A DNA stretch of 64,000 nucleotides, from positions 2,893 to 66,892 of the forward strand of contig JAVBUN010000096.1 of the NCBI GenBank assembly GCA_031555335.1, given 5' to 3'. A program made the translations under genes and the position numbers. Positions within the stretch are counted from its first letter, which is position 1, and each line of letters starts with the position of its first letter. Positions 19,348 through 28,391 of this stretch are shown in pieces. The DNA is from Microbacterium sp. (GTDB lineage Bacteria; Actinomycetota; Actinomycetes; Actinomycetales; Microbacteriaceae). The notes below the pieces were generated by a model. The model did no database searches. It saw only the letters and a list, made by a program, of their open reading frames with translations, and was not told the DNA's origin.

Positions 19348-19707
19348 ATGACCACGATCTTCCGTCCCCTCGATGTCGCCGTCGCCGACCTCGACGCCAA
19401 GCCGCTCGCCCTCCCGAGCGCCCAGCCCCTCTCCGGCGAGATCGAGGTGCGATCGCGCGTCGAGTTCGCCAATGAGGGTCGCACGATCATCTCGGGCATC
19501 TGGGAGAGCGACCCCGGCACGTCCCGCTGGGAGTTCACCGGCCGGGGCGAGATCGTGCACATCCTCGCCGGCGTCCTCACCGTCCAGGAGGACGGCGCAG
19601 AGCCGGAGACCCTGACCGCGGGAAGCGCGGCCGTGTTCCCCATCGGCTGGTGCGGGACGTGGACCGTCGAGGAGCCCGTGCGGAAGCTCTACGTCGTCTA
19701 CAAGTGA
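19348..19707 (+). CDS. Cupin domain protein (DUF861/EutQ-like), probably leaderless
   Basis: 'GIWESDPG', 'E..HIL.G', 'FP.GW.GTW.V...VRK.YV'. Confidence 0.88.
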   Translation: MTTIFRPLDVAVADLDAKPLALPSAQPLSGEIEVRSRVEFANEGRTIISGIWESDPGTSRWEFTGRGEIVHILAGVLTVQEDGAEPETLTAGSAAVFPIGWCGTWTVEEPVRKLYVVYK

Positions 19708-19743
19708 GCCCGGATCCGGTGCGCGTGCGCCCGGATCCGACCC

Positions 19744-20157
19744 TCACCAGCCCCGGGTCCGCTTCGCCGGCAGCAGGTCGGCGACGCGGACCCTCAGCGT
19801 GTCCTCGTCGCGCGTGATCCACACCCCCGCGTCCGGCCAGTAGTCCGAGAGCAACTCGGCGCACACCCCGCACGGCTCGATGACGTGCGTCGTCCCGCCG
19901 GGACGCCGGAGCACGCTGACCGCACTCACCACGTCGGCGGGGACGCCGTGGATCGCGGCGTGCTCGATGACCTTGCCCGCGGCGACGCCCTCCGCGCACA
20001 CCGCGCTGCGGCGAGCGGAGCCGTCGACGTGGACGCCGAGGACGACGGCGCCGTCGGCCGTCCGCATCGCCGCGACCACCTCGTGCCGCCCCTGGACGTA
20101 CACGGTCTCGAGCAGCGAGAGCGCGGCGGACATCAGTTCGGCGTCGGCATCGGACAT
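19744..20157 (-). CDS. Cytidine/blasticidin-S deaminase-like Zn deaminase
   Basis: 'VCAEGVA' and 'PCGVCAELL' motifs; 137 aa. Confidence 0.85.
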   Translation of the reverse strand: MSDADAELMSAALSLLETVYVQGRHEVVAAMRTADGAVVLGVHVDGSARRSAVCAEGVAAGKVIEHAAIHGVPADVVSAVSVLRRPGGTTHVIEPCGVCAELLSDYWPDAGVWITRDEDTLRVRVADLLPAKRTRGW

Positions 20158-20183
20158 CTCGGCGGGGCGCCGCAGCAGCGGCC

Positions 20184-20951
20184 TCATGCGGCGGTGATCC
20201 CGAGGATGCGGGCGTAGTTGCCGCCCTCCACGAGCGCGCGGTCGGCGGCGTCCGGGATCGCCTTCGCGATCTTCATGCGCTCGAGGTCGAAGTCCGAGCC
20301 CGGCCACTCCGATCCCAGCAGGATCTTCTCGGGTCCGAGGCGGGCGTACGCCCGCTTCACGTCCGCCATCAGGGTCGCGGAGGTCTCCAGGTATACGTGC
20401 GGCTGGCGCTCGGCGACGATGATCGCCTCCGGGACGTTCCACACCGCACCCATGTGCGCGATGATCGTCGGCACGTCGGGGTGCCCCTTGGCGATCTCCT
20501 CGATCGCGAGCGGCGCGCAGAACGCGTCGTCGAGCGCGTTGATGAGCACCGTCATCCCGTGCTCCGCGCAGGCGCGGAAGACCGGGTCCAGGAGCCCGTG
20601 ATCGGCCACGTGGTACCCGTGCATGCTCGGGTGCAGCTTCAGCCCCCGGATCCCGGCGGCCGCCATCCGATGCACCTCGTCGACGGCGTCGTCGGCCTGC
20701 GGCATGACCTGACCGAAGCCGATGAAACGGTTCGGGTACGCGTCCTGCAGTCCGATGATGAAGTCGTTCTCGATGCGCTGGGCGAGCGAGCAGATCATCG
20801 CCATGTCGACGCCGGCGGCGTCCATACGGTCGAGGATCCGCCGCGGGTCGAAGGGCGTGTAGGCCGGGGGCGCCTCGCCCGGACGCACGCCGGTGAGATA
20901 GTCGGATCGTCCGCGCACGTCCTGCGTCGTGTTGTAGGCGTCGAGGATCAT
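20184..20951 (-). CDS. Amidohydrolase_2 family protein (metal ligands degenerate)
   Basis: 'GLKLHP', 'IIAHMG', 'VYLETS', 'LGSEWP'; N-terminal 'DAYNT' instead of DxHxH. Confidence 0.8.
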   Translation of the reverse strand: MILDAYNTTQDVRGRSDYLTGVRPGEAPPAYTPFDPRRILDRMDAAGVDMAMICSLAQRIENDFIIGLQDAYPNRFIGFGQVMPQADDAVDEVHRMAAAGIRGLKLHPSMHGYHVADHGLLDPVFRACAEHGMTVLINALDDAFCAPLAIEEIAKGHPDVPTIIAHMGAVWNVPEAIIVAERQPHVYLETSATLMADVKRAYARLGPEKILLGSEWPGSDFDLERMKIAKAIPDAADRALVEGGNYARILGITAA

Positions 20952-20991
20952 CGCAGCCCGCTCCCGTTCTCTCCTGAATGCCCATGCACTG

Positions 20992-21024
20992 CATGGATCC
21001 ATTCCGCTTGTATTAGGATCCAAT
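20992..21024. promoter_or_regulatory. Paired GntR operator B
   Basis: GGATCC cores at 20995 and 21016. Confidence 0.75.
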
Positions 21025-21025
21025 C

Positions 21026-22138
21026 ATGACACATGAGCGCACCGGCGCCGAGTCGGCCGCGGCGAACCGCCTTCAACTCGGCACGTTTGGCACGAACCTC
21101 TCCCCCGGGATCACCTTCACGACGATCCCCGGTGCGCTGACGACGGACTGGAGCCGCGTCGTGGAGCTCGCGCAGCGTGCCGAGGCGATGGGTTTCGAGG
21201 CCATCGTGCCGATCTCGCGATGGAAGGGCTACGGCGGGGAGCACAACCCCCACTCGGACGCCTTCGACACCCTGACGTGGGCGGCGGCCGTCGGCGCGGT
21301 CACCTCGAGCGCCCGCATCTTCGCGACCGTGTCGATGCCCGTGGTGCATCCGGTGATGGCCGCGAAGCAGATGGCGACGATCGACCGGGTCACCGGCGGA
21401 CGCGCCGGCATCAACGTGCTCGCGGGGTGGTTCCGGCCGGAGATGGAGATGTTCGGCGCCGAGCTCCTTCCCCACGATCGTCGCTACGACATGGCCGACG
21501 AGTGGATCGAGATCGTCACGCGCCTCTGGTCCGCGCGCGACGAGTTCGACTACGCGGGCGACTTCTTCCAGCTCCGCGGGGCGTACTCGCGCCCGCAGCC
21601 CGGCGCGAACCGACCGGCGATCATGAATGCCGCCATGTCCGGCCGCGGACTGGAGTTCGCCCTGCAGAACGCGGATCAGATCTACGTCAAGCTCAGCGAC
21701 GACCGCGCCGCGGCGACCGCCCACGTGCGGGAGATCAAGCGCCGCGCGCGCGAGGAGTACGACCGGGACATCGAGGTCTGGACCTTCGGCTACGTCGTGG
21801 ACGCCCCGACGGAGGAGGCCGCTCGCGAGTTCCTCCGCTTCTACGCCGAGGAGCACGGCATGCACGACGCCGCCGTCAACGCCCTCACGATCATGGGCGT
21901 CGAGGCCGAGGTCGCGGGGGACAATTCGACCGCCGCCCGCCGGTTCAGCTGGGTCGCCGGCGACGGCGGCGTGCCGTTGATCGGCACACCCGAGCAGGTC
22001 GCGGACGGACTCGAATGGCTGGCGGATGTCGGCGTGGACGGCTGCCTCCTCGGCTGGCCGCTCTGGGAGGAGGGGATGGCGCGCTTCGCGAGCGACATCC
22101 TCCCCCTCCTCACCGAGCGCGGCCTCCGCGCCGGTTGA
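21026..22138 (+). CDS. LLM-class flavin-dependent monooxygenase (RutA/SsuD-like)
   Basis: 'RWKGYGG', 'HPVMAAKQMATID..TGGR..IN..AGW', 'IGTPEQVA'. Confidence 0.88.
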   Translation: MTHERTGAESAAANRLQLGTFGTNLSPGITFTTIPGALTTDWSRVVELAQRAEAMGFEAIVPISRWKGYGGEHNPHSDAFDTLTWAAAVGAVTSSARIFATVSMPVVHPVMAAKQMATIDRVTGGRAGINVLAGWFRPEMEMFGAELLPHDRRYDMADEWIEIVTRLWSARDEFDYAGDFFQLRGAYSRPQPGANRPAIMNAAMSGRGLEFALQNADQIYVKLSDDRAAATAHVREIKRRAREEYDRDIEVWTFGYVVDAPTEEAAREFLRFYAEEHGMHDAAVNALTIMGVEAEVAGDNSTAARRFSWVAGDGGVPLIGTPEQVADGLEWLADVGVDGCLLGWPLWEEGMARFASDILPLLTERGLRAG

Positions 22139-22142
22139 GCCG

Positions 22143-23054
22143 TCAGGCCAGACGCAGCATCCGCGCGGCGTTCTCGCCGAGCAGGGCGTCGACCTCACCC
22201 CGGCCGAAGCCCGGGAGGGACTCCACGATCTCCGCCGTGACCGCCGGGGTGTACCAGGGAAAGTCCGATCCGGTGACGACCCGCTCCACGCCGACCCCTC
22301 GGATGAGCTCCACGACGTCGGTCGCGGTGGGTCCGGCCGAGGCGCCGATCCAGATGACGATCTCGGACAGATCGAACATCAGCTGGGGGTACGCCTCGGC
22401 GAGCGCGAGCGTGGACCGCCACGATCCACCCCCGAGGTGCGCCAGGACGAGCTGCAGGCCGGGGCGCCGAGCGGCGAGCGGGGCGAACCGTTCCGGCTCG
22501 GAGTAGCCGATCCGTCGTGAGTCCGGCCCGGAGTGGAAGACGATCGGCACCCCGGCCGCCTCGCAGGCGTCGTAGACGCCCTCCATGCCGGGATCGTCGA
22601 CATGCGTGCGGATGCCGATCGGATGGATCTTCAGGCCCCGTGCACCCCAGTCGGCGAAGGCCTCGGTGAGGTGCGCACGTGCATCGTCCGAGGTCATCAC
22701 GGCGGGGTTCGCGGTCACGAACGGAAGCAGCTCCGGATGCGGCGCCGCCATCTCGCACACCCACCGGTTGTAGGCGACGAGGTCGTCGCGGTACTGGCCG
22801 TACGCGGGCTCGGCCGGCCAGTGCCCGCCGGACTGCGGCGCGTCCGGATATCCCGGCACCTCGTAGCTGCCGAGCACGGTCGCATGGTCGAAGCCGGCGG
22901 CGCGAAGCGCAGCGAGCCCCTCGTCGACCGCGCCGCCGACGCCTGCGAGGGGGACGTCGGCCATCTCGCCGTACTCGACGATCGGGAACGTGTCGATCTC
23001 GTACCGGCCCTGCGCGGGATCGGCATAGAGATGCATGTGGGTGTCGATCCTCAT
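22143..23054 (-). CDS. Amidohydrolase_2 family protein (intact metal site)
   Basis: 'IDTHMH', 'GLKIHP', 'VFHSG', 'LAHLG', 'GSDFP', 'GENAAR'. Confidence 0.88.
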   Translation of the reverse strand: MRIDTHMHLYADPAQGRYEIDTFPIVEYGEMADVPLAGVGGAVDEGLAALRAAGFDHATVLGSYEVPGYPDAPQSGGHWPAEPAYGQYRDDLVAYNRWVCEMAAPHPELLPFVTANPAVMTSDDARAHLTEAFADWGARGLKIHPIGIRTHVDDPGMEGVYDACEAAGVPIVFHSGPDSRRIGYSEPERFAPLAARRPGLQLVLAHLGGGSWRSTLALAEAYPQLMFDLSEIVIWIGASAGPTATDVVELIRGVGVERVVTGSDFPWYTPAVTAEIVESLPGFGRGEVDALLGENAARMLRLA

Positions 23055-23554
23055 CGGCGCATCTCCGCCGACGAGTACGTCTCCACGACGGCGGTCATCT
23101 CGAACACGTTGCCGCCCGACAGGCTCATCAGACCGAGTCCCATCGAGGTGCTGCGTCCCACCTCGTCGCCGAACACTTCGACGAGCAGGTCGGATGCGCC
23201 GTTGGTCACGAGGTTGACGTCGGTGAACTCGGGCGTGGTCACGACGCAGCACAGCGTGCTCACGAAGGCGCGGACGTCGTCGAGCGACCCCACGGCGTAG
23301 CGGATGAGCCCCAGGACGTTGACGGCCGTGTAGCGCGCGGCCGCGTAGCCCTGCTCCTGCGTCACCGTGTCGCCCACCCGCCCGGGGAAGACCATGTTGC
23401 CCTGGCGGTCCTCCGGGGTCATGCCGCTGATGGTGAGGATGTGCCCGCTCCGGTGGAACGCCTTCATCGTCCCGTAGCGTTCCCCGTACGGGGGGTTCGC
23501 GTAGTCGGGGATCACGAGACCGAGCTCGCGCGCACGCTGTTCGGGAGAGGTCAT
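23051..23554 (-). CDS. RidA/YjgF family protein
   Basis: 'ELGL.IP', 'ISG', 'G.VG...T.EQGY.AAR', 'NGASDLL..VFG'. Confidence 0.85.
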   Translation of the reverse strand: MTSPEQRARELGLVIPDYANPPYGERYGTMKAFHRSGHILTISGMTPEDRQGNMVFPGRVGDTVTQEQGYAAARYTAVNVLGLIRYAVGSLDDVRAFVSTLCCVVTTPEFTDVNLVTNGASDLLVEVFGDEVGRSTSMGLGLMSLSGGNVFEMTAVVETYSSAEMRR

Positions 23555-23588
23555 GGAAGCTCCGTTCCTGGCGTAGCCACATCCTGGC

Positions 23589-23624
23589 TAGAATGGATCC
23601 ATTCTAAGCATTATCGGATACATA
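23589..23624. promoter_or_regulatory. Paired GntR operator C
   Basis: Perfect 18-bp palindrome tagaatggatccattcta (core 23595); second core GGATAC at 23616. Confidence 0.78.
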
Positions 23625-23664
23625 CCCGTGCGCCGCACGAGGTCTGTGCGGAGTGGAGGACACG

Positions 23665-24159
23665 ATGACCGCCGAAGAGCGCGCGCGAGAGCTCGGACTG
23701 GAGATCCCGGACTATTCCGACCCGCCGTATGGGTACCGGTACGGGCCGATGAAGCCCTTCCACCGGATCGGCAACCTCGTCGAGCTGGGCGGACTCACGC
23801 CCGAGAGCCGCACGGGAGAACGCCTCCACCCCGGGATCGTGGGTGAGGACCTGACGATCGAGCAGGGCTACGCCGCGGCGCGACTGACCGCGATCCACAC
23901 GCTCGGGATGATCCGCTACGCGCTCGGGTCGCTGGACAACGTCGTGAGCCTGTCCCGCGCGCTCTGCTTCGTCGTGTGCCCTCCGCGCTTCACCCAGCTG
24001 CACGAGGTGTCCAACGGCGCGAGCGACCTGTTCCAGGATGTCTTCGGCCCCGAGATCGGCACCTTCGGCCGCGCCTCGATCGGCGCGACCGCTCTGTCGA
24101 ACGACAACTGCTTCGAACTGTGGCTGAGCCTGGAGGCCGTCCCCGAGCAGACCGCATGA
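23665..24159 (+). CDS. RidA/YjgF family protein
   Basis: Close paralog of 23051-23554; 'NGASDLFQDVFG...GRASIG'. Confidence 0.85.
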   Translation: MTAEERARELGLEIPDYSDPPYGYRYGPMKPFHRIGNLVELGGLTPESRTGERLHPGIVGEDLTIEQGYAAARLTAIHTLGMIRYALGSLDNVVSLSRALCFVVCPPRFTQLHEVSNGASDLFQDVFGPEIGTFGRASIGATALSNDNCFELWLSLEAVPEQTA

Positions 24160-25385
24160 CGACGGCGAGCATCACGAGGTCCCTGCCGTTCTGGCTCATC
24201 TTCGCCGCCTCCGCCCTCGGCGGGATGACGAACGCCGCCAGCACGCCGATGATCCCGGTCTATGTCGAGGAGGTGCTCGGCGGCGGCCCCGGGCTGTCCG
24301 GGGCCGTGATCTCCCTCGCCGCGGTGACCTCGATGATCGCGATGCCCGTCGCCGGCATGCTCGCCGACCGCCGCGGGTACCGGGTGATCGCCGCATCCGG
24401 CAGCGCCCTCGCGGTCGTCGCGATGATCCTGATGGGGGCGTTGCCGTTCCTGTGGGGCGCCGGGCTCAGCAGGCTCCTGTTCGGGCTGGGGAACGCGGCG
24501 GCGATGACCCTGGTGATGGCCTGGCTCGTCGCGATCACTCCCCCGAGTCAACGCGGGCGCGCGCTCAGCATCTACGGGCTGAGCGTCTGGATCGGCCTCG
24601 CCCTCGGTCCTCAGATCGGCACGGCCGTGAACGAGTGGCAGGGTCCCACGGCGGTCTTCTATGTGTGCGCCGCGCTCGAGCTCGCGACGCTCGTGGTGAT
24701 CCTCGTGCTGCCCCGTCGGGTGGTCACGACGAACACCTCGCCCATCCCGCTCGACGGCACGCGCCGGGCATCGTGGATCCGGGTGCTCCGCGTCGTGTGG
24801 GTGCCCGGGGTCGCGGCCGCCTCCGCCTGGTGCGGCGAGGGCCTCATGGTCGCCTTCCTCATCGTGCATCTGAGCGCCGCGGGCGTGCCCGCCATCGGCA
24901 TCATGGGCGCCGCGGGCGTCTTCGGCGTCTTCGCGGTGAGCGTCATCGGCTCCCGCGTCGTGCTCGCGAACCTCCCCGACCGGATCGGGCCGCTCCGCGC
25001 GACCGCGATCTCGCTCGTCTGCCTGTCCGCCGGTCTCGCGACCCTCGGTCTCGCCCGCGACTTCTGGGTGGCCGCGCTCGGCGCGGTGATCATCGGCGTC
25101 GGGTTCTCACCGCTCTATCCGTCGCTCACCATGCTCGCCACCCGCGGCCTCAACAGCGGCAATCGCGCCCTCGGACTCGGCATGTTCTCCAGCTTCACGA
25201 GCATCGGGTACGCCGGCGGCGCGCTGATCGGCGGGCTCGTGCTGGCGGTCACCTCGTCGATGTGGGCGTTCCTCATCGTCGCGGGTCTCCAGCTGGCGGC
25301 TCTCGCCGTCGTGACGATCTTCACGCGCGACGACTCGCCGCGCCCCCCGGTCGCGGATGCCGTCGTACGGCACCCCGCGGCCTGA
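24156..25385 (+). CDS. MFS transporter
   Basis: 'GMLADRRGYR' motif A, 'QRGRALS', about 12 TM segments. Confidence 0.88.
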   Translation: MTTASITRSLPFWLIFAASALGGMTNAASTPMIPVYVEEVLGGGPGLSGAVISLAAVTSMIAMPVAGMLADRRGYRVIAASGSALAVVAMILMGALPFLWGAGLSRLLFGLGNAAAMTLVMAWLVAITPPSQRGRALSIYGLSVWIGLALGPQIGTAVNEWQGPTAVFYVCAALELATLVVILVLPRRVVTTNTSPIPLDGTRRASWIRVLRVVWVPGVAAASAWCGEGLMVAFLIVHLSAAGVPAIGIMGAAGVFGVFAVSVIGSRVVLANLPDRIGPLRATAISLVCLSAGLATLGLARDFWVAALGAVIIGVGFSPLYPSLTMLATRGLNSGNRALGLGMFSSFTSIGYAGGALIGGLVLAVTSSMWAFLIVAGLQLAALAVVTIFTRDDSPRPPVADAVVRHPAA

Positions 25386-25399
25386 GAACGACCCGCGGA

Positions 25400-26455
25400 T
25401 CAGGCCGCGACGAGCACCGGCTCGCGCACGACGGGCGGGGCGATGACGTGCACGCGCTCGGGCGCCGCACAGGCCACCCGCACGCGCGAGCCGACGACGA
25501 GCGTCGAGGCATCGATCGAGGTCGGGAGCGAGCAGATCACCTTGCGTCCGCCGTCGGTGGCGAGTTCGAGCCGGAAACGCGTGCCCTGGAAGCTCAGCAG
25601 TCGCACGACGCCGTCGATGGACCAGGCCGGCGTCGCCTCGCTCAGCGGGACGACGACGAGGTCCTCGGGCCGCAGCACGGCGGTGCCCTCGGATCCCTCC
25701 GCGTCGTCGCAGATCCGTCCGTCGCGGGTCGGGAAGAGGTTCGCCTCCCCCAGGAAGCTCGCCACGTACTCGTCGGCCGGACGGCGGTAGAGGTCTTCCG
25801 GTGAGGCGACCTGCACGAGGACGCCGTCGCGCATGATCGCCACGCGGTCGGACATCGTCATGGCCTCGGTCTGGTCGTGCGTCACCGACAGCGTCGTGAT
25901 GCCGACCTTCCGCTGGATGCGCGTGATCTCGACCTGCATCTGCTCGCGCAGCTGCTTGTCGAGGGCGGCCATCGGCTCGTCGAGGAGCAGGATGCCGGGG
26001 TTGGCCGCGATCGCACGGGCGAGCGCGACCCGCTGCCGTTGCCCACCGGACAGCGATGCCGGCGACCGGTCCGCCATCCCGGGCATCTGCACGAGACGGA
26101 GCATCTCGTCGGCGACGGCGCGGCGCTCCTTTGCGGGACGACGGGCCGCGAGCAGCGGGAAGGAGACGTTCTCCCCGATCGTCATGTGCGGGAAGAGCGC
26201 GTAGGACTGGAACACGACGCCGACGTTCCGCTTCTGCGGCGGGCGGCGAACGACGTCGACCCCGTCGAACAGCACGTGGCCGCTGTCGGCCGCGAGCAGG
26301 CCCGCGACGACGTTGAGCAGGGTCGACTTCCCGCTGCCGCTCGCGCCGAGCAGGGTGACGAACTCCCCCGGCTGCACGTCGAGCGACACGCCCTTCAGGA
26401 CATGGTTGTGGCCGAGGGTGACATTGACGTCGGAGATCGAGAGGGCGACGGTCAT
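25400..26455 (-). CDS. ABC ATPase, PotA-like
   Basis: 'GASGSGKST', 'VFQSYALFPHM', 'LSGGQRQR', 'LLLDEP'. Confidence 0.92.
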   Translation of the reverse strand: MTVALSISDVNVTLGHNHVLKGVSLDVQPGEFVTLLGASGSGKSTLLNVVAGLLAADSGHVLFDGVDVVRRPPQKRNVGVVFQSYALFPHMTIGENVSFPLLAARRPAKERRAVADEMLRLVQMPGMADRSPASLSGGQRQRVALARAIAANPGILLLDEPMAALDKQLREQMQVEITRIQRKVGITTLSVTHDQTEAMTMSDRVAIMRDGVLVQVASPEDLYRRPADEYVASFLGEANLFPTRDGRICDDAEGSEGTAVLRPEDLVVVPLSEATPAWSIDGVVRLLSFQGTRFRLELATDGGRKVICSLPTSIDASTLVVGSRVRVACAAPERVHVIAPPVVREPVLVAA

Positions 26456-27309
26456 TCGACGACTCCTTCCAGGACGGGGGCGGATGGGCGACGGGTGCCG
26501 CCGCGACGGCGGCGGATCGCGTTGGAGAGCGGGAGGATCGCGAGCAGCAGGATGGCCAGCAGCGACACGAGCGTCGAGGCGGCGGTGAGCTCGGGCGAGA
26601 ACGCCTCCTGTGAGGCGTTCAGCATGCGAAGCGGCAGTGTCTGCATCCCGATCGGAAGGAGGAAGACCGCGAGGACGACCTCGTCGAAGACGATCACGAA
26701 CGCGAAGAGCGCACCGGAGAGCACATAGGGCAGGAGCGCCGGAAGCTCGATCTTCCACAGCACGAGCGGCCACCTCGCCCCGAGCGTGCTCGCCGCGGGG
26801 CGCAGCGCCGGGTCGAGCCGCGCGATGCCTCCCGAGACCAGGACGAACACGTACGGCATCGCGACCAGGGCGTGACCGACGATCAGGGAGACGAGGGTCC
26901 CGCGAAGGAAGCCGAGATTCATGTTCACGCCGTAGAGGCCGAGCGCGTACGCGATCGGGGGCAGCGCGATCGGCACGATGAAGGCGGTCCGGATCCAGCG
27001 CTGCGCCGTGCGGCTGCGCACCCGGGTGAGGCCGATCGCGCCGGCGGCACCGAGCGTCGTCGCGATGATGGTCGACAGCGCCGAGGTCCACAGCGACAGC
27101 CCGAACGACGACATCCACTGCTTGTCACCGAGCACTTCGCCGTACCACTGCAGCGAAAAGCCCTCGGGCGGGAAGAGGATGAACGATCCCGCCGTCCACG
27201 ACGTCGAGACGAGGATGAGGAACGGGACGATGAGCAGGAGGCTCGCGAGCACCGCAACCAGCAGAATGGGCGCGCGATACCAACCGAGAGTACGGCCGAC
27301 GGTGGTCAT
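26452..27309 (-). CDS. ABC permease, PotC-like
   Basis: 'PPEGFSLQWY', 'AASTLGA', 'FDEVV', 'TLP'. Confidence 0.9.
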   Translation of the reverse strand: MTTVGRTLGWYRAPILLVAVLASLLLIVPFLILVSTSWTAGSFILFPPEGFSLQWYGEVLGDKQWMSSFGLSLWTSALSTIIATTLGAAGAIGLTRVRSRTAQRWIRTAFIVPIALPPIAYALGLYGVNMNLGFLRGTLVSLIVGHALVAMPYVFVLVSGGIARLDPALRPAASTLGARWPLVLWKIELPALLPYVLSGALFAFVIVFDEVVLAVFLLPIGMQTLPLRMLNASQEAFSPELTAASTLVSLLAILLLAILPLSNAIRRRRGGTRRPSAPVLEGVVE

Positions 27310-27316
27310 GGTCGCG

Positions 27317-28195
27317 TCATCCCCACTTTTCACTGACGTTGAACAGGCGATCGGCCACGAGATAGACGAGCATCGTGCCGGCGACCAGCAGGATGCTCAT
27401 CGCGGCGCCGAGGTCGGGCCGGTTCGCCTGACTCATCTGCGAGTTGATGAGACCGGACACCGTGAGGTTGCTGGGGCCACCGAGCAGGAGCGGCGTCACG
27501 TAGAACCCGAGCGACATGATGAACACGAGCACTCCACCGCTGATCACCGCTGGGACGATCTGCGGCCAGGTCACCGAGCGAAAGGTGAGCAGCGGCCCGG
27601 CACCGAAGATCGTGGCGGCCTTCAGCTGCTCGGAGTCGATCGCCTGCAGCGCGCTCATGACCGGCAGCACCGCGAAGGGCAGCATCACGGCCACCATCGC
27701 GGGATACATTCCGAACGTGGTCTGATACAGCTCGATCGGCTCCCCGGCGAGACCGAACAGCCCCAGGAACCAGTAGATGGCGCCCTTGGGCAGCTCGAGC
27801 AGCATCCAGCCGAAGGAACGGACCATGATCGACGTCCAGAGCGAGAGGATGAGCGCCGCCAGCAGGCACAGGCGCAGCCAGGTGGGCGAGGCGACGATCG
27901 CCAGCGCGTACGCGGCCCCCAGCACCATGGTGAGGATCATGACGATGAACGCCATGACCACCGTGCGCACGAGCGAAGCGATGAACGCGGGGACGACGAA
28001 CATGCCGGGGTACGCGGCTCCCCCGCCCTCGAGCGACTGCGTGATGAGGGCGATCATCGGCAGGCCCAGGGCGACGGCGAAGAAGATCACCGGCGGCCAC
28101 AGCAGCCACCGCCGCTCGGCCGCGCTCACCCCGAGGGTGCGCGGCACGCGGGTGGCACGCGCGCGGCGTGGCACGGCCATTGACGTGGTGCTCAT
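27317..28195 (-). CDS. ABC permease, PotB-like
   Basis: 'WTSIMVRSFGW', 'LPF.VLP', 'GFYVTPLLLGG'. Confidence 0.9.
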   Translation of the reverse strand: MSTTSMAVPRRARATRVPRTLGVSAAERRWLLWPPVIFFAVALGLPMIALITQSLEGGGAAYPGMFVVPAFIASLVRTVVMAFIVMILTMVLGAAYALAIVASPTWLRLCLLAALILSLWTSIMVRSFGWMLLELPKGAIYWFLGLFGLAGEPIELYQTTFGMYPAMVAVMLPFAVLPVMSALQAIDSEQLKAATIFGAGPLLTFRSVTWPQIVPAVISGGVLVFIMSLGFYVTPLLLGGPSNLTVSGLINSQMSQANRPDLGAAMSILLVAGTMLVYLVADRLFNVSEKWG

Positions 28196-28249
28196 GGCGT
28201 CATGCTCCCTGATCAAGATTGCGGTCGCGTTTCCGGCCCGCCTCGGTAA

Positions 28250-28312
28250 CTTGGATCCAATGTATCGCGCTATGGATCCGAAAACGTTTCTCTTGTGTTT
28301 CCGCGGAGTTAC
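28250..28312. promoter_or_regulatory. Paired GntR operator D plus GlnR-like boxes
   Basis: GGATCC cores at 28253 and 28274; gtttc-n6-gtttc-n6-gttac at 28286-28312. Confidence 0.72.
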
Positions 28313-28340
28313 GGCACTCAGGCGCACCCCTCCCGTACGA

Positions 28341-28380
28341 GAGAGCGGGGCCGTGGACGTCCGTCCACGACCCCGCTCTC
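28341..28380. terminator. Hairpin after the SBP gene
   Basis: gagagcggggccgtggacg / cgtccacgaccccgctctc inverted repeat. Confidence 0.65.
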
Positions 28381-28391
28381 GTCGGGGATGA

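Noticed and set aside
19711-19739. GGATCC pair, also 21 bp apart (19712/19733)
   Set aside because: Lies between convergent genes, lacks the T/A flanks of the operator and forms a hairpin; more likely a terminator, so not counted
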